Shown here: positions 54,272-64,000 of the stretch, in pieces | Numbering within the stretch: the first letter of the stretch is position 1 | Layout of the letters: each line of letters opens with the position of its first letter | DNA from: the human T2T-CHM13v2.0 reference genome, Homo sapiens | Direction: 5' to 3' (one strand) | DNA length: 64,000 nucleotides | NCBI RefSeq assembly: GCF_009914755.1 | Contig: NC_060942.1 | Notes under the pieces: generated by a model | Databases searched by the model: none | Told to the model about the DNA's origin: nothing | Seen by the model: the letters and a program-made list of their open reading frames with translations, nothing else | Program-made: the position numbers and the translations under genes

Positions 54272-56092
54272 TATACAAAATCAACGTACAAAAATCAGTA
54301 GCATTTCTATACACCAATAACATCCATGTTGAGAGTCAAATTGAGAATGCAATTTCATTTACAATAGTCACACAAAAAGTAAAACACCTAGGAATACATT
54401 TAACGAAATAGATGAAAGATCTCTATAAGATGAACTACAATATTGTTGAAAGAAATCATAGATTACACAGACAAATGAAAAAAATATTCCATGCTCATGG
54501 ATTGGAAGAATCAACATCATTAAAATGGCCATACTGTCCAAAGCAATCTATTGATTCAATGCTATTCTTATGAAGCTACTAATGTCTTTTTTCACAGAAC
54601 TAGAAAAAACTATTCAAAAATTCTTATAGAATCAATAAAAGACCCTAAATAGTCAAAGAAATCACAAACAAAAAGAACAAAGCCAGAAGCATCGCATTAC
54701 CTGACTTTAAACTATACTACAAGACTACATTAAACAAGATAATATGGTGCTGGTACAAAAACAGACACATAGACCGATGGAACAGAATAGAGAATCCAGA
54801 AGTAAAGCTGCACACCTTCAGCCACCTGATCTTCAACAAAGCTGACAAAAATTGGCAATGCAGAAAGGATTCCCTATTCAGTAAATGGTGCTGGGATAGC
54901 TGGCTAGCCATATGCAGAAGAATGAAGCTGGACTCCTACCTTTCACCATATACAAAAATTAACTCAAGACGTATTACATACTTAAATGTAAGACGTTAAA
55001 CTATAAGAATCCTAGAAGAAAACCTAGGAAACACCATTCTGGACATAGGACTTTGGAAATAATTTATGACTAAGTCCTTGAAAGCAATTGGAGCAGAAAG
55101 AAAAATTGACAAGTGAACCTAATTAAACTAAAGAGCTTCTGCACAGCAAAAGGAGCCATAAACGGAGTAAACAGACAACCTACAGAATGGGACAAAATAT
55201 TGGCCAACTATGCGTCCTACAAAATTATAGTATCTAGAATCTATAAAAAATTTAAACAATTGAACAAGCAAAATACAAGTAACTCCATTTAAAAATGGAC
55301 AAAATACTAAAAGACTCTTCTCAAAAGAAGACATACAGGTGGCCAAGAATATATGGAAAAATGTTCCATACAGCAAATCATCAGAGAAATGCAAACCCTA
55401 ACCACAATGAGATACCATCTCATACCAGTTATAATGGCTATTATTAAAAAGTCAAAAAACAACAGATGCTGGTGAGGCTGCAGAGAAAATGGAAACTTAT
55501 GCATTGTTGGTGGGGATATAAATTAGTTTAGAGATTTCTCAAAGAAAACAGAACTACCATTAAACTCAGCAATCCCATTTCTAGATGTATTTTAAAACAT
55601 AAATAAATCATTCTACCAAAGAGACATGCACTGGTATGTTTATGGCATCACTATTCACAATAGCAAAGACATGGAATCAACCTACGTTCCCACCAACAGT
55701 GAATTGGATAAGGAAAATGTGGTTCATATACCATGGAATACTACACAGACATAAAAAAGAAGAAAATCATGTTCTATGTAGCAACATGGATGTAGCCCAA
55801 GGTCATTACCCTAAGCAAATTAACACAGGAACAGAAAACCAAATGCTGAAATTTCTCACTTATAAATAGGGGCTAAACATTGGGTACTCAGAGACATAAG
55901 GATGGCAACAATAAACATTAGGGACCGCTTGAGGGAGGACAGGCGACAGAGGTGGAAAAACTATTGGGTACTATGCTCAGTACCTGAGTGAAGGGATCAG
56001 TCATACCCCAAACCTCAGCATTAAGCAATATACCCAGGTAACAAAACTGCTCATGTACCCCCTGAATCTGAAATGAAAGTTGAAATTATAGA
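54272..56092 (+). mobile_element. L1PA16/L1PA17-like, 5'-truncated (3' ORF2 plus 3' UTR), dead
   Basis: atacaaaatcaacgtacaaaaatcagtagcatttctatacacc...ggattggaagaatcaac...accccaaacctcagca...gtaccccctgaatctgaaatgaaagttgaaatt; stops and frameshifts, no long ORF. Confidence 0.9.
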
Positions 56093-56269
56093 AATGAAAA
56101 CATAAAATGCTCTTCAATAACAAGAAAAAATGATATACAACAAATCCAATTTTTTTTAAAGGAAGCTGCGATTTGTGATAAAATGACCCTCTTCTAGGAG
56201 GCCAGTATCCTAACATAAACTCTAAATAATTTATCTTTTGAGATTTTATTTAATAGGTCTGAAGTAAAA

Positions 56270-56365
56270 TTCTTCATTTATAAAATGAGAATATTAATGC
56301 CTACTTTTCAGAGTTATTGAGAGAGTTAGAATCAATGATTGTAATGTACCTATATTTAGTGTTCT
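56270..56365 (+). mobile_element. MIR fragment
   Basis: ttcttcatttataaaatgagaatattaatgcctac...gagttattgag. Confidence 0.55.
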
Positions 56366-57044
56366 TGTGCTAGTGGTTACTGTTTTATTTTACTTTCTTG
56401 TGATTTCATACATTTTAGTATACTGATGAAGGACCCCTTCCCTTGTTATTTCAAGGCCTGCATTTATCCAATCTAGCCATATTTGGGGGAGTTTGTGGAA
56501 CAGAGAAAAAAACCCACACTTATTCTGCAGAAATAAATAAAAGATCTACTTTGCCCCTGCTACGGTACTGCATGGTGCTGGAAAAAAAAATACCTTTAAG
56601 AAATATGCGAGCTCATGAGAGAGAGAGAGAGACAAATAAATGTTCTGTTCTACGAAAAGGGTAAAACATTCCAAGCTGCTAATACTTCTGAAGGTGAGGG
56701 AGGCAGGACACTAGATTGAGAATATCCATGAGTTTCATTAGATTAAAAGAAGGAATAAATGCACATATTTTCATTGTACAGACAACAGATTAATTGTTTC
56801 ACATTTGGAGAAGTGTGTGAGAAAGGCTAAGGAAAGCAGCAGAGAATATTTCTGTATTCTATTAATAGCAAAGAAAAAAGTGCTCCTGAAAACCATACTT
56901 GCCCTCCATGGGAGAAGCACAGTTGCTTTTCAGGGGAGGTGAAACAATGGGCAAATTCATCATTAGAGTAAAATATTTCAAGACCATTCTCAAAAATTGA
57001 AAAGTCATTCAGTCTCCTGCTCCCCCCCCAAAAAAGGTACAGAA

Positions 57045-58150
57045 ATATTGAGTAGCACAGTTAATATTCACCAATTGACATGTACAAAAGTGTCAACCCA
57101 TGAGTAGTGAATACGAATTTTTCTTGCACACACATTGAGAAGTTATAAAAATTACTGTATATAAAGAGATAAACTGTCTCATCAAATTTCAAAAATGTAT
57201 TATTATACAGACCTATTATTGTTTCTTACTACAGTACAAAAAGAAGAGGCAATAGTTAAATTATAATTAAAATCTCAATAAGTTTGAATTTTTAAAATAA
57301 GTTTGAAACCATTTTGGGTTTAAAAAGAAATCATAATAAAATGCTTAAATTTAAAGGATTAAATATACAACATAACTTATGAAATGCAGTTAAAATTTTT
57401 ACTATGCAGGACATTCAGCTGTAATTGTTATATTAGAGCTATGGAAAAGCTGAAAATTAATGTACTAAACATTCTACTCAAGGAAAATAAGCAAGGAAGG
57501 AATAATAACTAAGGAAGGCATTAATAAAGAGATACTTAAAATGCAGGTAAAATATAATAACATCAAAAACAAAAATAGGAAATAGAAGTTCAAAAACCCC
57601 AAATTTATTATACAACTAACCATATATACAAAACTTTAATGAAATTAATGGAGAAAAACTGAAAGGGCAATGATAAAAAAAACGAGAAAAGTAATAGAAT
57701 AATGCAGAACTACAGATAGAGCCAATATTTAAAAAGATAAAAAATGTTCAGTATAATTACGTGCCACAACATTTAAATATTTAGGCAAATAGGAACGTTT
57801 GTAGAAAAATATAATTTACCTAATAGAATCAAGAAGAAATAGAAACCCTAAATAGTCCTATATTGATTAAATAACTTGAACCAGTAGTTTAAAATCCTCT
57901 CAGAAATAAAACATTAGCTTCAGACAGTTTTATAGAAGAAATCAAATAAACTATTTTTTTTTTAGATGGAGTCCCGCTTTGTCGTGTTCATAAAATTCAA
58001 CATTATTTTAATACAATTCTTAAACTCAGAATGAGATCAATTCTTTATTCTGATAAACTATATCTATTTTTAACAAAAAAAGTTTTTCTTAATGGGAAAA
58101 TGTTTAAATTGTTCCCATTAACACTGTTTCTGTTCAATATTTACCTCTGT
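57045..58150 (+). mobile_element. Old L1M ORF2 relic
   Basis: A-rich sense L1-like motifs: cataacttatgaaatgcagttaaa, tagaaaaatataatttacc...caagaagaaatagaaaccctaaatagtcctata. Confidence 0.7.
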
Positions 58151-58671
58151 TTATTTGTTTGTTTTGTTCTGTTTTTGTTTGTGTTTTCTCACCATTCTTT
58201 GATTTTCATCATTTCCATCTCATTATAATCTGGTGATATCCATGTTTTCTAGAAGAAACAGTATCTTCACAGTGTTATTAACCCTCTTCATTAAATTTGT
58301 TGTTTGTATTTATATTGTTAAGTTAGCAGATAAAACTAGAAGCTAGATCTATTGCTTGAGAAAATTAACTATCTTTGCCATTATCTTATTATTTCAAAAA
58401 CTAGTCTCCAACTTTTACCTGAAATGTCATTTTTTTTTTCCTCAGGCTAAGCATGAAGCCTTCTGGAATCTAAATACTAGTTTGTTAAATACACTGTTCG
58501 CTTTAAGTTTTATATTTGCTCAACTTTTCATCACAGCACTTACATCTATTAAATAGTCAATAAAAAACACTTTTTCCTCGTGTTAGGGTATTTATTAGTT
58601 TTTAATATAATGTATTTGATATATTTTCTTCTTCATCTATTTTATATGTATTTAAACATATAAAATTATTT

Positions 58672-58682
58672 ATACACACACG

Positions 58683-58714
<32 letters not shown>
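58672..58714. repeat. (CA)n microsatellite
   Basis: Direct reading. Confidence 0.9.
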
Positions 58715-58717
<3 letters not shown>

Positions 58718-58726
58718 CGATGGTAA

Positions 58727-59385
58727 TGTAGTAGATTTGTATTGATTCAGTATAGCTACACTAAACTATATTTTCCAGATTTTCCCTTCCCTTCATAATT
58801 CTGAAATAGCATGAGCTCAAAACAACATTTTGTTATTTGGAAGGTAAAAAGTAAAGTTGAAATTTTAAGTTTGGAAAGTAAGTGCAGAGATACCAGGGGC
58901 TGTTATAGCTCACACACACACTGTCCCTCATTAATGATGGGCTCATCTTGTGCACAGGGCATGGGGACAACAGCTGGGCCTGCAGTTCCTTTAACTCCCA
59001 CTGGCTCTTCTTTAGCTTTTCCAACTTCTGGACCATGTGTGTGTTTGGCTCCATGAAGAAGGATACCAGATTTTCCATAAGTTCCTTCACCTCATTGAAG
59101 TTTGAGACCTGAAAAGGGTGAAAGATAAACGTGGGTTCTAATTCGTCCTCTGGGTTCTGTTTCATCCTTTTAGTTTCCAGTTTTTCCTTGCTTTCCTTCA
59201 CTTTACTGTCATCTCTTCCCGACTGCCTGCTCTGATTATGTCAGGCTTGGATGCAAACAAAACAGCCTTGTATTAGTTCTTGAAATTGAATACAGTCAAG
59301 TCGCTATTAAATCTCCCTCTCTTTTTACATATGCATATATTATTTATAGTGGTTCTGTTTTTCTGATCAAACCCTGACTGATGCT
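58727..59385 (+). mobile_element. LTR41-like ERVL LTR
   Basis: ctatattttccagattttcccttccc...tagctcacacac...ctgggcctgca...tagtggttctg...aaccctgactgat. Confidence 0.75.
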
Positions 59386-61482
59386 TATGGGGAATATTCT
59401 GCATTTTGGTTGTAAACCCACAAATGGTCGAAAACCTCATGTCACAATTCTAGTAAATACCCTGGTCTCAAGTCTCCTCTAATGTTATGGCCACCAATAA
59501 CTAATGTTCTTATTTTTTAATCATTTATCTTGGCCCAAGAAGTAACATCCTCTCCCTTGTTGGTTCCTAGGTGATTTCTACAACTATGAATAGCTGATAC
59601 ACATTCGAATAAGCTCAAGTTTACTAAGATAGAAAATGGCACAATAATGCATGTCTTACCGCACAAGGCTGTTATGAGAGAAATCAAGACAATTTATTAA
59701 GAAAAAATGATATAATGTATAATAATATATAAATTAAAAATATATGTTTTATTTTCAGTAAGTGAAGTTTCCTGGCTCTTAAAGCATTAGACTAAGCTTT
59801 TGAGAATTGTGAGAATGTTCTCTAAATCTTGAGATTTGTTGAACTTGGGAAGAAAAGCAAAAGCCTCAATTGGCTGTTCATTGCCATTGATTTATTGAAT
59901 CATATTTAGAAATAGAGTCGAGTTGATTTGAAATGTGTGTCTAATTGCTGGTGGGAGGAAGAGAGGCATGGGTCTTAGTGGGGAAGCTAAAATGAATTGC
60001 AGGAAAAAATGTACCACCATCCACATATAGACCCAAATTATATGTATTTAGGGCCTGAACCAATGGCACTTTGCCTGCCTCCAGGTGGTATGACTACTGC
60101 TTCAACTCCACTGATTGTAATTGCAACTAAAAGATTCTTGTTGCACAGAAGAGAAATGCTGAAAAGCTGTTGGGAGAGTGTTGATATAAATCACATCCTT
60201 GGATCTGCTCTTTTTTTTTCATAGCTTTTCTCTCCCAGTCATTTTCACCTTGGCTTGTACTTACAAAGCTAGAGTGATAATAATATCATATGCATATCCA
60301 GTTCATCTTATACTAAGGGATCTTAAAATAACAGCTTTAAGCTACAACTACAACTGGACTGTAATAGTTAATCTTTAATGGTTCGAAGTGCAATCCAGAG
60401 TGAATTCTCTCATCTCCTTTTGAGTTGAGAATTACGTATTATTGGCAAAGAATCCCTTTGCAATTTCAAGTCTCTATCTGTTTACTTTTGTTCTACATTG
60501 AGAAGCAATTTCCTAAGTATCCTTTTCAGGAATGAGCATGCATGTGAATTTTTTAAATGAGTACAATATTATTATGATGTAGATGTTACAAGAAATTTTG
60601 AGAAATTAAATACATAGGCAATTCTAATATTATTCCATCCCATTTCATTTATCCTCCTATTTGGCAAGTATTTACTCTGCCCTTACAGTGTACCTGGTAT
60701 TTGTGCTTGAGGCTTAGGATAAGGATAATGATGGTAGAATCCTTTTGATAAAGATCTCATATTCAGTTAGGAGGAAAAGCAAACAAAATCTTGTAATACT
60801 GTCTAACATATTACATTGCAATAGACATAAGTCTAGGGTGCCATCAAAGTATACAGGAAGATATGTCAACTCTTCCTTGTTGTGTCTGAGAAGTACCCAA
60901 GAGGAAGTAACTCTAGTGAATCAATGAAGGATAAATAGAATTTTCTGTCATCTTCTTAGCCTTAGCCCTTACAAAGTCCTCTTCCTAAACCTGAACCAGA
61001 GGAATTATGCACAGAAATACACAACGATAGTATCGAGCAATTTTCCAGGCTGTACATTTCATCTTCTACTTTGTCTCTGCTAAGAAAGATGGAACGATGA
61101 AAGAGCCTTCAACATAGAAGGAGGTGACAGTTGGGATTGGAGAATTACAACAATGGAGGATCAAGGGTTAAAAGAAAAGAAACTTCAGAATAGGAATTAC
61201 GGCTGCCAGAAACAGGCTGTTTCAATGTATAATTATATATAAAGCTGGTCTTCTCTAGGTCATGGTTCACAAAATCTTAGAATTCATTCTTCAGTAAATA
61301 AGCTTTGGGATCTGGCATTTTAGATACAATGTGCCAGTATGACATGAGCAGTGATTAGAGTGAGAAAACTATGCACTCTGATCTTCAATCCAAGCTTACA
61401 ACCTTAATCTAGAGCTTCAGGTTCCTAATTCCTAAAAGGAATATAGCAACTTCTGACTGCTTCACAGAATTTTTGTAAAAAC

Positions 61483-62329
61483 TGAAACGGGAAAAGTTCC
61501 CTTGTCCCCCTCACAGGGCGTGTGGTGGGGATGTGGCTTGCTTCTCCAATGCCCATCTGCTCAAACCTCTAGGGGAGCACACAGACAGGCAGGCTGTAGG
61601 GCTACTTCCCCATGGCAGTGTCTAGGGGTGAATGTTTACAGCTGAAGCTCCAGTGGGCATGTGTGACAGTGTGCTCTTTTAGTTTGCCATCTATAGACAG
61701 CTCGTGTTAACCAGCTCAATTGGACCCTCTACCGGACAGGTAGATACGGAGGCATGGACAAAGGGCTTTCTGTATCCTGGGTTCCTGCCGTGGTGTACTG
61801 GAGAACGAGATCACATGTGGGCTTGGAGAATGAGTGCAAAGTTTTATTGAGTGGAAGTAGCTCTCCATCAATGGTGGAGCCAGAAAGGAGATGGTTTTCT
61901 CCGGAGTCAGGCTGCTTGGCTGCCTGGGCTCTCCTGCAACTGCTCTCGCCAAAGTCCACTTTGGATGGCCCGCTGGTGGATGGCCCGCTGGTGGATGGCC
62001 TGCCGGCGTGCTGGTGCCTGTCTGTGTGTGTGTTTTCCGCTGGCCTGCTCCCTCCACTTCCTCTACCCTTCCAGCCACTTGTGTTCGTCTCTATGTCTGG
62101 CCACCTGTGGGTCGGCCTGCCAGGGTCTCGAGTTTTTATAGGATAGGGGTGTGGCAGGCCAGGGTGGTCTTGGAAAACGCAACATTTGGGCGGGAAAGCA
62201 GGAGTGCCTGTCCTCACCTAGGTCCGTGGGGGTGGATCCCTAGCCAGGACCGCCTTTTTCTACATAGTACTTCTTTTCCCCGCTTCCATATCATTTAAAG
62301 GGACCATGCCCTTCCCTTCCCAGCACTCA
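61483..62329 (-). mobile_element. LTR1-family (ERV1, HUERS-P2-type) LTR inserted in a MIR
   Basis: tgaaacgggaaaagttcccttgtccccctc...ctcaaacctctaggggagc...atcatttaaagggaccatgcccttcccttcccagcact; MIR-like sequence at about 61345-61482. Confidence 0.85.
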
Positions 62330-62789
62330 CAAATCAAAATTACATAAACGTACAGATATCTGAATATTTTATACATTATGAGGAACATATTAAAATACGT
62401 TGCTATGTAATATTTTATTATTCAATTATTATTAAAATTTTTAGAATGGGTAGGTTCTGATTTAACCTACAAGATCAGTCACTTTTCAGATGAAGCACTT
62501 TTATTCAAAATCGACTCTTTTTGCTCCAGGGCAAGAATAATCTTCTTTAACAACAATTAATGACTCCTTTAGGAGCGGCTCTCTAGCTTTAAGAGGTATG
62601 TTGGAACACTGTACTAAGATTTTAAAAACTATATCTGTAAACAGAAAAATAAAGAACATTATAAAAGTCAGCCATCAGAATATCACTTTTGATAACTGCA
62701 GTCAGTCTTGTTTTGAATATAATTCTGATGCTTAGTGTATGTTGCCTTGTATTTTTCTCTACTACTATGCTTTAATCATCCCAGGTTTT

Positions 62790-62895
62790 AGGCCCTTTAA
62801 GAGTAAAACTGTTGTCTATGTCACTGTATATACTACTTAGTTTTCCTTACTGATTTCTGCATATAGTAGGTGCCTGATAAAATTTTGTAGCTGTT
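62790..62895 (+). mobile_element. L2 3' end
   Basis: gcatatagtaggtgcctgataaaattttg. Confidence 0.5.
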
Positions 62896-64000
62896 ACTGA
62901 TGGTAATCATGGGTACATGGAAATTAGCAATCCCCGTTAAAGGAAATAATATACAAAGAAGTATGAATTTTTTAACATACATTGTTTAAAAGAAGTACGT
63001 TTTGCTTCAGTCTAAACCATGAAGGAAACTATACAAACTTTCTTCTATTCTGCTGATGGATTTATGAAAGCAAGTTGAAAGCTGCTGATCAGTGGCATCT
63101 GTTAACTGGCATTGACACTTTGATGTGCAGGGCAGCTGTCAAGAAATTTCACTTTCTTCTACTTTTCTTTTCAGAATTAATTAGTGCTATGAGACACTCA
63201 AATCCTCATTTACTTTCCAAGAAGTACTTGGAAGCCAACTCACCAGAGAATATCATGAGGGAAATCCACCCTTCCACAATCCATTTTCCTAGAGACTTCT
63301 TCTTCTGGCCCCACTTGCAGCAATGGTATCAGTTCTTCTTGAATTAGAATGAAGACAATGTTTTTGGAGTAAATAAAAAATGACATTGATAAGGCTAAAC
63401 AAAGACAGTTAGTGATAGCAACTGCAGCATGACCTTACAAAGCATAAAACATGGACTAACCCGTGTGATCACCTATATGGACCCATATGTAGTTATAATT
63501 TTATAACAATATGGGCCCAGTCACAAAATAGGTAGAATGCCTGTTTTGTTAATGTTTGTAGCAAAGGAAAGGAAATAAATTTTTTTTATGATGAATTTGA
63601 AAAAAATAAGAGTGCTTTATAAATGTAAAGTGTCATCATGTTACAGAGAAATAGATTAACTGGATACAGTCAAATGTCATTGCTATGTATACATATATGT
63701 GTTTTTGTATATATATATATATATACAAAGTAAATATATAGGATATTACACATTTATTCCATGTTTCATCCTTTCATTGGCCAGTCTCAAAATATTTTAT
63801 TCAATGAGAGTTTGCAAACATAAGACCATTAGTCAATCCAGTATTCTGTCTCTAACACGGCAAAAATACCTATGGGAGAGATGCCTATGGGAAAGAAAGA
63901 ATTTATTTTCAAACTTTGAACATTCCTAGTTTTCATAATTCCATTTTGTATAGACCTGCTTTGTGCTTACCAGGTTGCAGAACTCTAATCAGGACCCTGT

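Noticed and set aside
54272-56092. L1 ORF2 as an active reverse transcriptase gene
   Set aside because: 5'-truncated, with many stops, frameshifts and a small internal deletion near 55530
61716-62298. Five overlapping ORFs of up to 162 aa
   Set aside because: Entirely within a GC-rich LTR; not supported as coding

Overview
Human genomic DNA, AT-rich and CpG-poor. An Alu with all five AluYa5 diagnostic bases (a human-specific subfamily) fixes the species. I find no protein-coding exon, RNA gene, processed pseudogene or NUMT that I can recognise, and I cannot name the locus; it looks intergenic or deep-intronic. The listed ORFs are mostly read-through of Alus, LTRs, L1 or microsatellites. The window is a layered repeat landscape: 8 Alu/FLAM copies, several L1 fragments, many MIR/L2/L3/MER5 relics and about 13 solo LTRs, several with clear target-site duplications (TSDs). 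Repeat subfamily names are from memory of consensus sequences and need RepeatMasker/Dfam confirmation. The most interesting features are: (1) an LTR12-family solo LTR with an internal inverted duplication (about 139 bp) of its CCAAT/NF-Y array; (2) an MLT2A1 LTR with a DUX4-type motif and a perfect AAG|GTGAGT splice donor inside its microsatellite; (3) four LTRs co-oriented on the minus strand within 9.5 kb, a candidate alternative-promoter cassette for a lncRNA; (4) a young AluYa5; and (5) an ancient L1 with a twin-priming inversion. None of these proves a new biological system; all functional claims are hypotheses.
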